From assembly GCF_036321535.1 (NCBI RefSeq), contig NC_087436.1, positions 69,504,001-69,568,000 of the forward strand: a stretch of 64,000 bases of DNA. The letters run 5' to 3'. Positions within the stretch are counted from its first letter, which is position 1. Every line of letters starts with the position of its first letter. Both the position numbers and the translations under genes were made by a program. Below the pieces are notes generated by a model that saw only the letters and a list, made by a program, of their open reading frames with translations, searched no databases and was not told the origin of the DNA. The DNA is from Camelus dromedarius. Taxonomy: Eukaryota. This document shows, in pieces, positions 43,015-58,300 of the stretch.

Positions 43015-44385
43015 CTGAGGAAAAAGAATGGGAGGAATTCTAAACTTTTCTGTTAAAAAGACCATGAGAGGGTTAAAAGAGGTAGAGAAGCCATGTAACA
43101 TCAAAAACAAAAATGTACTCTTCATTTCCGTGCCTTTCATCTCTTCTCCCTTTTCCTAGGGGACATCCTTATCTACCTTGAACCTGTATGTATATATATA
43201 GTGTGTGTGTGTGTGTGTGTGTGAAATATGATTAAAATAATCAGAAAAGTAAGACATGAAAAGGAAGCAAACATGGAGTATAAAAGGGCCAGTATATAAG
43301 TAATGAGAGCACACCCTCCTGGGTGAAATGGATAGGGTAAGCAGCTAATTTCAATGAGTCTGACCGGCAACTTGTACATTTCCTATTTAAATCAAAAAGA
43401 CCATTAGGCTTTGGGACTTAAGAGTACTTCCAGTAAAAATGTTCAACATTTGGTGAAGGGGTGAGGCATGAACAAAGAGAACTTTGTGATTGCATCTGTG
43501 GAGACCAGTGTGCCATTCACATACAAAAGACCATAGACCCTGACTGAGCAGAACAGATCAAGTCACTCTGATCTTTCTGCAGTTGTGCCTCACCAGTCTT
43601 TTGAGAAATGGGTCTATAGTGTATGAAGCTATGATCGACTCAGTTGTCTGTGGCACTCAGTCAGAGTATTGATGCACTGCTAAAAAAATCAATTACAATG
43701 CCTAGGAGAAAAATATCTTCTTAACTGTTTCTGTCATCTTCCTTTATAATAAATGTGTAATGCTAGTGTCTAAATTGAATAATCATGGGTGGAGACTAAA
43801 AATTAAATTAAATAATTAATCTGTGCACACAGCAACATTTCTGAAGAATGCTCTGCACAGGGATGCACCTTTCGATTGGCTCCAGATATTAGAGTACTTT
43901 AGACTTCCTTATTATTTAGTCCGTTCTTGTGGACAACTCTTTCTCCTTCTTGTCCCTAAATCATGAGTATGGGACTATCTTCCCCATCCTTCTAACACAG
44001 ACAATTACAGTGCTAAGAAAAAGATGAATCAAATCAATACTATCCTTAAATATTTTGCTGCCTGATCTGACTTAGGCTTAAGCAATGATTCATGGGGAGA
44101 AAAAGGGATCTAAATTCCAAAGTACAGTAAAACACATTTTATTTCCTATCAGTGGGTGATTAAAATTGTGGTCAATGAAATCTGATTGAAAGGAATGTCA
44201 ATTTAGCTACGCTTTGAACTTAAAATAAACATTTGCTTATTTTCCATAATACTTGAAAAAAATGGCAAATGGTTTAGGTCATATAAGGAGTTAATTAACT
44301 TGAATCCTTTATAACAAAATCAACAGGACACTGATGTATTAATAATTTTAAGACATGTTTTCAACAGCTTGTAAAGGGGACAAAA

Positions 44386-44420
<35 letters not shown>

Positions 44421-45758
44421 TACGACCAAAGAGCATATGTTAATTTATGTGTAGCCATTTAGGTTTTACTATGTCAGAAAAAAATCAGCCTCAAATATCA
44501 CTTCCACAGATGAACTATTTGTATAATGGTTGCTTCCAGAGATTGTTGTAATGGTTTCCTGCTTGTTAATATATCAAAAAATAGCAAAAACAAAAGAGCC
44601 TATACATTCTCAGGGACTAACCTTTCTTTTCTAAATTATATCTCAACAAAGAAATGCGAAGTGGTTATGGTCCTAAACAATTTGGGTTTTGTGAACTCTT
44701 CAGAGAGCAAGGCAAGTAGAACAAAAGAAGGAAAAAACAGCTTTTGCCAAAACAAGCTTGTTTTTCATGTCTGCAAAGATCTGTATCATACATTTGTTTA
44801 CTTCTGAGCAGGAACCCTATGCTCTCATGCAGTGTTTGTAATTTTGTCACATTAGAATCCCCCAAGTTCAGGGCTTTTCTCCTAGAACTTGTTATATATT
44901 CCTTTGAAGTAATTTTGATATTTATAATCTAAAAAAGAAAAGATCAATAGTCAGTATATTTATTAAAAATTATTTTTTCTCAATTCCTTTAAAAAATGAG
45001 GCAGGAATATAAAGGAAAGTTGACTTTAGAGAGTGTAGTAATTAGAACAGTTGATTGATTATGGGCTCAAGTAAATGAATTAGATAAAAGGCAAGAGAGA
45101 GTTTCATTTCTCTGATATCTGATATTTACTGCATAACTGGAAGACTCTATTGTTAAAATACCTGGAAAAATATAAATTTATTTTATTAAAATATGGTGGA
45201 TTTACAATATTGTATTAGTTTAAATTATATAGCAAAGTGATTCAGTTGTATATATATTTTATGAAAAATACAAATTATTGATTCTTATTGAGTCATATTA
45301 AATTCTCTTGAGATCATATACTGAGGTCAGTAGTTTTTTAAATTTATAACAAAATATTTTCAAACAAATCTATAAAATATGTTTGAAATAATACAATATT
45401 ATTTTATAAAACATGTTTAAATATTAAAATAAGTAAAATATTTAAACATTAAAGTGTACAGAAAATGTATATGTATACATATTCTAATGTACCTACATCC
45501 TTTATATATACAGTTTTAATCATTTTTATTTGAATTTAAAAAACAAAAGGCAACAGTATTAATTTTTCCTCAGATATAGCCTCCATTCAATTGCAGATCT
45601 TTCAAAATAAGAAGTGAGTCTGTGTAACTTAATACAAAACTGTCCCATAACTCCTACACATTTCCCTTGTTCCCTTGTCAAGTGATCTGCAGATCCCTGG
45701 GCTTACACATACTGATCAATAACTAGCCAGCTAGTACAAATAAATAAAAGAATCTTAC

Positions 45759-45906
45759 CAGATTTCAGGTAGGTTGAGATCAGAAGGTCATCTGGGTGGC
45801 TCTCAAATGATTCCACCTGGGACCACTCCTCAACAGTGCTCCAGAAGAGGGGGACGCCCCTAACATCCACTAACTCCCTCCTGAAGATATCCAGCTTGCC
45901 GTCCAT
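45759..45906 (-). pseudogene. SULT1D1: SULT1D1 coding exon 1 (148 nt)
   Basis: MDGKLDIFRRELVDVRGVPLFWSTVEEWSQVESFESHPDDLLISTYLKS-G; donor CTG|GTAAGA. Confidence 0.93.
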
Positions 45907-46432
45907 TTTTGAAAAACTAGACTTTAAACAAAGGAGAGCACGCAAAATAGTCTTTGTTTTAATAGCATCAATAAAATTGAAAAGTAAATCAATATTGTAT
46001 TAAATAAATTAATATTTCATTACTCTAGACTAGCAGCATAGATCACAGTATTGTACGTTATGAATCAGTGGAATGAGAGAAGGTATTACAAAGACTAAAG
46101 AAGCCTTGCACAAATCATTTCATTTGTACTGCTTCTGTTAAATAATAACAAAGTTATTTGTTATTATTTGGAATCTTTGTTATTATTTGGATTCTTTGGA
46201 ATCAAGAGACAGGCTTAACCACAGCACTCCACCAACTCACTGTAATGTGTATTTGAACAAGTCCTGTAACTGCACTGGACCATCTTAACTGTAAAAACAG
46301 GGCTGATCTAAATTAGTACTTTCCTCCCCTGAAATCACAGGGTGGATTGGTAAATTATTCTATCTAAATTATCTACAACAGACCACAGGAATGAAGGCAT
46401 ATGGGGAGGGGAGGGACGCAGCGCTCGACTGT

Positions 46433-46632
46433 NNNNNNNNNNNNNNNNNNNNNNNNNNNNNNNNNNNNNNNNNNNNNNNNNNNNNNNNNNNNNNNNNNNN
46501 NNNNNNNNNNNNNNNNNNNNNNNNNNNNNNNNNNNNNNNNNNNNNNNNNNNNNNNNNNNNNNNNNNNNNNNNNNNNNNNNNNNNNNNNNNNNNNNNNNNN
46601 NNNNNNNNNNNNNNNNNNNNNNNNNNNNNNNN
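46433..46632. other. Assembly gap (200 N)
   Basis: Run of N. Confidence 1.
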
Positions 46633-47640
<1,008 letters not shown>

Positions 47641-48022
47641 CATTGTCTAAAATCTTTTATTAAACCTTCCAGTAAGATCAAGTAAGCAATAGCATCAAAA
47701 TATGCAGAAAGGGTGTCAGGGTCTTGGAAAACATCTCAAGAGAAAAGCACTGTTAGAGGAAACACTGCATCATGAGTGCTGCATAGCAAATTATACCCTG
47801 TGCATAAACATATAAATCGATGTCTCTAAGGCAAAAAGTGATCTAGATGTGTCAGGTTTAATGTGCCAAAGTATTAAGAATGTCTTAACAAATACATTTT
47901 GTTTAAATAATACTTCTTGTTTATATTATCCTTTTGTGTGTGTAAGATTAATATTGTCAAAATCTCTGTATAAATCTGAGTTCTTTCAATGAATTTAAAT
48001 TTTTTTTTAGCTTTTAAAAAAA

Positions 48023-51000
48023 TTTTTTATTGCATAATAGTCATTTTACAATGTTATGTCAAATTCCAGTGCAGAGCACAATTTTTCAGTTATACATGAA
48101 CATACACACATTCATTGTCACATTCTCTTTTGCTGTGAGCCACCACAAGATCCTGTATATATTTCCCTGTGCTACACAGAACAAGCTTGTTTTTCTATTC
48201 TACATTTTGAAATCCCAGTCTGTCCCTTCCCACCCCATGCCCCCTTGGCAACCACAAGTTGTATTCTATGTCTATGAGTCTGTTTCTGTTTTGGGGGGGG
48301 TTTGTTTGCTTGTTTGTTTGTTTTTAAATTCCATATATGAGTGATCTCATATGGTATTTTTCTTTCCTCTTTCTGGCTTACTTCACCTAGATGACATTCT
48401 CCAGGGACATCCATGTTGCTGCAAATGGTGTAGACTGCCCTAGGAGAACATACTTGATGTATGTCATATAATGTTTTGCTTAAATTTTCTTCTAGGAGGT
48501 TTATTGTATCTTGTCTTATGTTTAAGTCTTTGATCCATTTTGAGTTGATTTTTGTGTATGGTGTAAGTGAGTGTTCTAGCTTCACTGCTTTATATGCTGC
48601 TGTCCAGTTTTCCCAACACCATTTGCTAAAGAGACTGTCTTTATTTCATTGTATATTCTTGCCTCCTTGTCGAAGAATAGTTAACCAGAAGTGTGTGGGT
48701 TCATTTCTGAGCTCTCTATTCTGTTCCATTGGTCTATATGTCTGTTTTCGTACCAATACCATGCTGTCTTGAGGACTGTAGCTCTGTAGTATTGTCTGAA
48801 GTCTGGGAGAGTTGTCCCTGCAGCCTCTTTCTTTCTCTTCAGTAATGGTTTGGCAATTCTAGGTCTTTAGTGTTTCCATATAAATTTTGTTATGATTTGT
48901 TCTAGTCTGTGAAATATGTCCTGGGTAATTTGATAGGGATTGCATTAAATCTGTAGATTGCCTTGGGCAATGTGACCATTTTAACAATATTGATTCTTCC
49001 AATCCAAGAGCATGGAATATCTTTCCATTTTTTAAACTCTTCTTTAATTTCCTTCATCAGTAGTTTTTAGTTTTCTGTGTATAATCCTTTCACCCTCCTT
49101 GGTTAAATTTACTCCTAGGTATTTTCTTACTTTGGGTGCTATTTTAAAAGGGATTTTTTCTTTACTTTCTTTTTCTGTTTATTCATCGTTAGTGTAAAGA
49201 AATGCAACTGATTTTTGAACGTTAATCTTGTAACCTGCTACCTTGCTGAATTCTTCGATGAATGCTCTAGTAGTTTTTGTGTGGACCTTTTAGGATTTTC
49301 TATATATAGTAACATGTCGTCAACATATAGTGACACTTTTACATCTTCTTTTCCCAATTTGGATCCCTTTTATTTCTTTCTCTTGCCTGACTGCTGTGGC
49401 TAGGACTTCCAGGTCGATGTTGAATAGGAGTGGTGATAGTGGTCATCCTTGTCTTGTCCCAGATTTTAGTGGGAAGCTTTTGAGTTTTTCACCGTTGAGC
49501 ACTATGCTGGCTGTAGGTTTGTCCATATATACCTTTTATTATGTTGAGATATGTTCCCCTCTATACCCACTTTGAGAGTTTTTATCATAAATGGGTGTTG
49601 AATGATATCAAATGCTTTTTCTGCATCTATTGACATGTTCGTGTGGTTTTTGTCCTTTCTGTTGTTGATATGATGTATTACATTGATTGATTTGTGTATG
49701 TTGAATCAACCTTGTGTCCCTGGGATGAACCCCACTTGATCATAATGTATAATTTTTTTATGTGTTGTTAGATTCTATTTGCTAATATTCTGGTGAAGAT
49801 TTTTGCATCTATGTTCATCAGTGATGTTGGCCTATAATTCTCTTATTTGGTAGTGTCTTTGCATGATTTTGGTATCAGGGTGATGGTGGCTTCATAGAAT
49901 GAGTTTGGGAGTAATCCCTCCTTTTCAATCGTCTGGAAGAGTTTGAGAAGGACTGGTATGAGTTCTTCTTTGTATGTTTGGTAGAATTCCCTGGTGAAGC
50001 CATCCGGTCCTGGACTTTTATTTGTAGGGAGGTTTTTTTTTATTGCTATTTTGATTCATTTCTAGTGATCATTTTTTTCAAGTGGTCAGTTTCTTCTTGG
50101 TTTAATCTTGGTGGACTGTATGTTTCCAGAAATTTGTCCATCTCCTCTAGTTATCCATTTTGGTTCCATATAGTTTTTCATAATATTCTCATATGATATT
50201 CTGTATTTCTATGTTATTTATTGTAATTTCTCCATTTTCCTTTCTTATTTTGCTGATTTGTGCTCTCTTTTTTTTCTTCTTTGTGAGTTTGGCCAGAGGC
50301 TTGTCAATTTTATTTACTTTTTTAAAAAAACAGCTTTTGGTTTGATTGATTTTTCTATTGTTTTTTAAATCTCTATTTTATTTATTTCCTCCCTGATCTT
50401 TATTATTTCCTTCCTTCTCCTGCCTTTTGGGGTTTTTTGTTCTTCTTTTTCTAATTCTTTTAGCTGGTGGGTTAGATTATTTATTTGATATTGTCCTTTT
50501 TTGAGGAAGGCCTGTATCACTATAAACTTCCCCTCTTAGAACTGCCTTTGCTGCATCCCATAAATTTTGTGTGGTTGTAGTTTCATTTTCATTTGTCTCA
50601 AGGTCTTTTTTAATTTCAGCTTTGATTTCATCATTGACCCATTGGTTTTTTAATAGCTTGTTGTTTACTCTCCATGCTTTCCTTTTTTTCTCCTTTGTTT
50701 CTCTGTTGTTGATTTCTAGTTTCATGACATTGTGGTCAGTAAAGATGCTTGAGATAATTTCTATCTTCTTAAAATTGTTGAGGCTTTCTTTTGTGCCCAA
50801 GTACATGATTAATCCTAGAAATGTTCCATGTGCACTTGAAAACAATGTATATCCTATTTTTGGGGGGTGTAATGCTCTGAAAATATCCACCATATCTAAT
50901 TTTTCTATTGTATCATTTAATTTCTCTGTTGCTTTATTTATTTTCTGTCTGAAGATCTGTCTAGTGAGTTTAATAAAGTGTTAAATCTCCGACAATGATT

Positions 51001-53148
51001 GTATTCCATCACTTTCCCCCTTTATCTCTGTTAGTAATTGTTTTATGTATTTAGGTGCTCCTATATTGGGTGCATATATATTAAGGAGTGTAATATCCTC
51101 ATCTTGTATTACTCCTTTAATCATTATAAAATGCCCTTCTTTATCTTTACGGCCTTTGTTTTAAAGTCTATTTTGCCTACTTGGCTCTTCTTTATAGCTT
51201 CAATCTCATTTTTGACATATTTTATATCTCTAAACACTATCTCTTTTAGTTCCTTCAGTACTTTGATCACTCCTTTTTTGAAATCTTGATCAAGTAGGCA
51301 TCAATGTCTATTTCATTCATTGTGATTTCGGGGGATTTATTTGATCTTTTAATTGGGAGTGGTTCCTCTGCTTCTTTATATTGCTCATTATCTCTCTGGT
51401 ACTGTGGCTTAAGGAATATCAGTTATCTATTGTGGTCCTTAAGGAGTTTATTTATTTATCTATCTAAAGCCTATGCAGGAATAAAACTTAAAAAAAGAGA
51501 GAGAGAATTTTAAAAGAATGGAGAAAAAAGGTTTGAAACAGTGTATAATCAATAAAAGAAGAACAAGTTGAAGAAGAATAGCAATTGAGTTGAGACGTCT
51601 TATAAAAACGTTTAAAAAAAAAAAGAAGAAAATCAGAAAACAATATTTGAAACCTGTGTATAATCAATAACAGGAGATCAAAATCAAGAGAATTAAAATG
51701 AAATGAGGTGGATTTTTAAAAATAATAATAATAAAATGATTTTAAAAGAAAATTTTAAAGGGATTAAAACTGTAGACATATACAATTGTTTAAAATGTAA
51801 AATTAAAAAGGTAATAGAAAATAGAACAGTATAAGAAAGATTTAAAAAAAAAAAAAGGATGTGTTCTGGAGACTGTTTGGTCTTGATGATTTTATCGAGG
51901 AGTCTTTCTGTCTTTGCCCTGTTTCGGGAACTCAGCTTGCTGTTTCCAGAGGCCCTCCGTTGGCACCCTCGTCTGTGCTGCTCCCAGTGCCTGTCAGCAA
52001 GCAGATTGCGCCCCCTCCCAACACTAGGTCAGGTGCTGCGCTCTTACCCGGTGGGCGGGCGGGTCACTCCCCCTCCCGATGCCTCAGTCAGATGCTCTGC
52101 TGTGGGAGGCAGCCGGGTGGATCATGCCCCCTCACAGCACCGTGGTCAGGTGCTGCCTTCCTGCCGGGAAGGCAGGTGGCTGCCTGCCCTCTCCTGGCAC
52201 CTGTCACTTCTGCTGCTCTCGTGCAGCTGCCCACTCTGCCTCCGGTCGGCGCTCAGAAGGCGGGCTCGGGGAAGACTGTGGAACCGCCCCACCCCTGCTC
52301 TATTCCAAAACCCAGCTCCTTGTTTGTCTTGGCAGTGCGAGTTCTCTGAGGTACCAGGGCAGAAAGATCCTATCTGACTTGGGTTGTAAACAAGTCTCAG
52401 TCCTGTCTAGGAGGTTGCAGAGCCCTCAGTGTGCAGATTCAGGTCTCAGCCCGGCCCTTGCCAGGGCGCTGTGCACAGAGGATATGGCGGTTGTGGCGGC
52501 ACCCCACCTCTGTTCTCTCCAGAAGCACCTGTAATGGTGCCTCAGGTCTGAGGAGACAAAGGCTATAGTGCCCCTCCCCCCAGGGCACACCAGCAGTGTT
52601 GCTTTGGGTTTTTTCCCCCCATAATTTATGGGGGGCCCAGGTTGTTCTGCTCTGTATTCCGTCCCGGCCACGGTGCGCAGCACCCTGCAGTCTCCCGGGG
52701 CTACGTCAGTCCTCCGCCCGGCTCAGACGGCCTGTCCCGGCCCCCCAGCTGCCAGCTCATGTCTCGGGCTGGGTGTCGCAGGGACCCTTTGTGCCTGTTT
52801 AACTTAGTTCTGTCAGTCAAGGGCTGCTCCAGGCAGATCTGAGCCTTGAAGGCTCCCCCTCCGTCCCACTGGCCTCTCCATTGGAGAGGGGGAGATTCAG
52901 TGAACAAGCACTATTCATCCTTTTCTGCTCCCTCTGCGTGGTCCTGCACTGTTTTGCTTTTTCTTTCTTTTTTCCTTTTCTCCTACCAGATTCATGGTGT
53001 CTTTGTCTTTTGAAGAGGGTGATGTTGTGTTGGAGTTCAGCAGGTGCTCTGGTTGCCTGAGTGGGTCTGTCGATGTGAGTTTTGGTGTATTTGTGGGACA
53101 GGGTGAGCTGCCAGTGTCCTTCTACTCTGCCATCTTGGCCCCCTCCCC
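48023..53148 (-). mobile_element. LINE-1, 5'-intact, internally deleted, inactive
   Basis: 5' end GGGGAGGGGGCCAAGATGGC; CpG-rich 5'UTR ~51900-53148; ORF2 endonuclease remnants (ORF 50477-50893); RT motifs GTRQG*PLSP (~49445) and SLYVDDM (~49320); [16 protein letters not shown] (~48550); 3'UTR with AATAAA at 48026-48031. Confidence 0.95.
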
Positions 53149-55230
53149 TTACCTGTGTGTTTTCTGAAGTGCAATTTCTTTTTTTCTTTCTACCTTTATT
53201 TTAACCTTTTTACCCCCCTCACCCACCATGTACATCTCTCTAAATAAATCTACTTTTACTCAAACAAAAAAAAAAAAAAAAAAAAGAAAAAAGAGAAAAA
53301 GACTGTGAGGTCTCCAGATTCCAAATTCATATGCCGTATCTGTCATTTACTATCAGTGGGACTCTGGACAAATCATAAACCTAACTTCAATTTCTTAATT
53401 TTAAATGGAGGCAATGACTTTTGCACTTTATAGAGCTATTTTGAATGAGAAATAAGGTCATGGATGTAACATGTTATAAAGTATATGTATATTTGTTAAG
53501 TTGTAGGCATCATTAATATTATCATTATTATTATTGCCCCCAAATCTGCTTTAATTTATATCCTTACCATCATCTACCCTGTATTTTGGCAACAGTCTTA
53601 ACATTATTCCCCTTATCTCCAAGCTCAGCTCCTTCCAACTGCTATTAGGATAATAGCTGATCACAACCCCATAATTGAAAGGAAAAAGTTTAAAGAGCTT
53701 TATCATAGTTTTAATGTTTAAACTTCTCTGACCTTCCCTCTGTTTACCTCTGCCCCCTTACACTTTAGCCTCCAGCAATAAGGCAATTAAAAAAATAGAC
53801 CCACCCCTGACACCTAGCTGTTGTGTTTGCATGTTTCTGTCTCTGAGCTAATACTCATTTCTCTCGTCTATTTGGAAAACTCCTATTCTTTCCTCAAAAT
53901 CTTGTACAAGTTTCACATCCTCTGAAAAGCTTTCCTGGTAACCTAAAGACAAAATTAGTCACTCTCTCTCCTCCATTTCTATACCTTGAATATACAGGTA
54001 TTATTTTATATACTTTAGCGTGTTGATATTATCTGTTTGCAGTGTCTTTTTCTCTATCTAGAATTCAGGTTCCTTGTTCCTAGATTGGAACATATGTTTG
54101 GCTTTATAATTCCAAGGACTTTAGTTTATTGAGGTTAATAAATGTATGTATGTAATAAATGAAATGAAGCTTCTCTAATATTCTAGGTGGAATAATCAGA
54201 GATTAAATTACTTTATTGTACCACTATAATTCTGATTATCAAGTTAACACTTTGAGATATACCTGGAAGTGTCAGTAGGTCATAAACCCAATCAACAAGT
54301 AGTTTACATTCTAATTCATTATTCAAAATACACACACATTCACATAGACATATACACAGACACAACCCTGCTTTCAGTGCATGTTACTATGTAATTTAAT
54401 TACTATAAAAATCTTCTAATTTAAGTTCTATTATCCCCATTGTTCCAAGGGGAATACTAACATAGAGACAGTTAAGCAACTTACCAGGTCACACCCTCAG
54501 TAAGTGGCAGGACTGGGTTTGAACTCAGAGTCTGACTACAGGGCCAGCAATCTTAATCAATAGTCTATGCTCGCTTCTAAATACAAACATTGAAGAGATA
54601 AATTTTAATACAAGGTGACATTGGAGAAGTGCCAAATTATGGCAAAGTGGACGGTAGATCTACAGTGCAGGTTGGGTGATTTGATTTTGACCATGAAGTT
54701 TGGCTAATTAGAGACACAAAAATATTCAAGGTAGAAAAGATATAAAAACAATACTCTTTTTCCTCAATATCATACACATTGAAGTGCTTCATAAATATAT
54801 GGAAATGACTACTAAAGTGCATAGGAGATGACTTTTAGAAAAACTGAATCACACTAATGATTTCCTTTAATAATATTTATTTTCATTCAATATTCATATA
54901 TTTTACCTGATTATATGAAATTTTATTTGAAGCCATTTCTAAAAGGAGATATCATACATTTTCAAACTTGTTTCATATACAAAAACTGTACAAAGAAATG
55001 TTTTATATTAATTTATATACAGAATTTTATAACTTTTGGAATATCTGTGTTTTTGCCAATAGCTGGTCATTATGGATCAAACACTGAAGGTGAATTAATC
55101 ACATTCATGCATTATAATATTTCCTAAATCGGATTCAAATTTTGCTAGAATTAAATACTCTAAATTAGCATTATGACTCCTAAAAAACTGAAAAGTATTT
55201 GTGGAAGAAATGCAGTCAAAGTTAACTTAC

Positions 55231-55330
55231 CTTTAAACTCCTGAGAGCTTTAAGTGAATATTCTCAAGTTAAATCAGAGCCAGAAAATCATTAAAAGAAT
55301 GATACCCTTGAGTGGTGTATACTTTATTCT
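55231..55330 (-). other. Candidate non-coding upstream exon of SULT1D1
   Basis: Consensus donor AAG|GTAAGT at 55231 in unique sequence; forkhead-like TGTTTAC at 55402-55408. Confidence 0.35.
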
Positions 55331-58300
55331 GCAAGAGAAATTGAGTTGGTGAAAGCTCAGGAAGTGTTGAAAGAAGATGGTTGTTTCCCTTAGGCCTCTT
55401 TTGTTTACTCCTCTGAAAATGTCCCTTGAAATATAACTTCCTCTGGAGGATAATTGTAAGACCTTGGAAATAATTTAATATCCTTCACACTGATATAAGT
55501 CAGTGTTAGACCACATTAACCTGATCAGAACTGTTCACTCTCTTGACTATTGATGAGCTGAAATAATGAAATGTTATACCTAGGTATATGATGTATCTTA
55601 GTCATAAAAAATTGAATATTAAACTAATAATAATCAATATGTTATTCTCCCAGGAAGTAGTCGATACTCAGCAGAGCTTTGATCTAAACAGGACAGATTT
55701 TGTTAGCTCTCTTTTAAATATGTGAAATCTAAAACATTTTAACATTAGGAATGCTTTATTTGCAGAACTCTTCTGAGCACAGACTTGGGAAACCGAAGAC
55801 AGGTATTTAGTACAGCTAAAATTTTAAGCAAAATTAATGCTCTTTGATTACCAAACCAGGTTCTTTAAGTCACAACATTAGGAAGAAGAAAGAAATGAGC
55901 AATTGAATAGAACAGTCCTTTATTACTGAAAAATTCCGTTAGATTACTAATAATTAAATGCTGCTTCACTTTTATAAAAATTCAAAGTTTACATTTATAG
56001 AAGTTTCTCATTTATACAAACTCAAAAGTAATACAGATACCATTCTGTATTTTTCATATGATCATTTGTAGTTTACCTCTGCAATATATGATTCAATTAT
56101 GTGGCTTTTGACTATTGTTTTCTGTTCTTTTTTGTTTGCTGTATAGCTAGAAATTACGCTATGTTCTTTTCCCATACACTGTGTCTCATAAGCAATCTTG
56201 GTCTATATTACAAGCATCTAATTTATTTGGCAAAAGCAACATGGAGCGACATTAAGGCACAGACTATGAAAACGACTAATACTTATTGAACAGTTACAGG
56301 CATTATAATTTCTGTATCATGTATTTCCACTTCAACCTAATAATAGCTTCAAATCCATATAATTATTAGAAAATTTCAGAGTTTATGCAACTTGCCCAAT
56401 TATACAAAACTTATAAATGGTAAAATCAGGTTGCAATTCCTAGGAAGTAACACACTTAATGATAAAAGCACTTAGCTTTTTTGCTGGAAAGGCCACTGTT
56501 AGAAAAAATTTTAATTTACCACCTATGTAGCTTTGGGCAAGACAACTTTTTTTTTTTTTTTTTGAGCATAGAATTCTTCACCTTAGCAGATAGTATCCAA
56601 TCCATAAAACCACTGTCATTGTGTTATTGGCATTGCTGTAATCTCATAAATGAAACAATTTAGTATGGATAAAGATGCAGCATGCTGTCTGGTCTGTAAA
56701 AATCACTCAGCACAGCTTAAGTTATTACCAGAATTATTATCACATTATTGCCATTCATACCATTATAATCTCAAAGTTCATGCCCTTCTTTAATTTCAAA
56801 ACTACCTCAAATTGGAAGAAAAATGCCTTCTATTTAATCTAAAGAACAACTCTCCATCCTTCACTCAGTTCCACACAAAAAGAGATAATGGGTGTAAGGT
56901 TTTATATTTGATCTCTGCTTTCTAAACAGTCTTGAGTGAGTCATTAACCCTATAAGTGCTTGGCAACTATAGCCTTTGATTGGAGACAATTGCCCTTACT
57001 CCTGTTTCCTTGGCCTCATACAGATGTTCTAAGGTTAAATATGCCCTGTTCTCTGAGATCCGGGTACTTAACTGTACATAGTCAGGAAGTACTGGATGCC
57101 CTTTGCTATTAGGCACTCTTTTATCACCAGAGTCTTTTAACAGTGATATTTTATAGTGAAGAGTTAATTATAGTCTTCTCTATCTGGGATCCCCGAGGTC
57201 TAATAAAATCCAGAAAAACAACTTTCCATTCCCATAGCAATAGAAGAGATTGGTGAGATCATCATCTCAGTTCCTGAAAACATAAACAACTGCTTTATAA
57301 TAGGCCTTGCTTGTTTGTCAGCCTAAAAGAAATACGTGTTAGAAATAGGATAACAAATGTGGATTTTCAATAAAACCATAACTGTGTATATGTGTGCTTG
57401 TATATGTGGGTTTTTTTAACCTTTATTTTGTCTTTCTTTCCCTAATGATTTAATTTTCCTGTCACTCTAGTGCTCTGTAGTTTTACCTGAAGTTTTAAGT
57501 AGGCGGCTGAGAAACAGACACCTTCCAGCGGAGCTGATGGTGAGGCAAGTTGAGATAAAGTTTCCTATCTTTAAATCAAAAATAGGCTAGGATTGATAGG
57601 CGGAGAAATAAACATTTATGCAACACTTATTATAGATCAGGGCTAAGTTTTCAAAAGGAACCTTCAAGTGTGATTTTGGATACTTTATCTAAATTTTCTT
57701 TGCCATAATGTCCTCATCTAAAATGGGAATGATTTTATGTCCCATCACACTGGACAGTTGTGAGAATTAAATGAGTAAAGTACCTAGAATAACATTTGAT
57801 GCAAAGTAAAGATCAATAAAATATTAGCAAGAAAAACAACTAGAATAATAGTTTAACCTTATAGCAATTTTTGAGATGAATATTACTTATCCTTATCTTA
57901 CAGGGGAAGAAACGGTCTTGGAGAAGTTATGAACACTTTGCAAAATCAAACAACAACTACATAGGGAAGTAAAAAATCATAACTGGTCTTACAGATTTTG
58001 GTGATAATCTTTTCCCTTCTTTTTTCAGTTGAATCATTAGTTCTTTTTTTAAACCTAATATGAACATTTAAGGTTTTGAACCTGCCACTGATCAATGCTT
58101 TGGCCAAATCCCAGAGATTTTTCATATTTCTAGCTTTTATTATTTACCACATAATTTATGTTGAATCATATGACTGCTGACCCAACAGATTATTTTTTTT
58201 TTCAGTTTGGTTTAGTTTTAATTTTCCAATCAACCACATTTTACAATGTTTAATTAGACTCTATGTTAATTTGCTCATCTAGAGAATACAAACATCACAA

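Noticed and set aside
48172..50893. L1 ORF2 fragments as active genes
   Set aside because: Frameshifts, a stop in GTRQG*PLSP and large deletions
51859..52907. Cluster of 66-172 aa ORFs in GC-rich sequence
   Set aside because: They lie in the L1 5'UTR, where high GC content depletes stop codons; no recognisable protein
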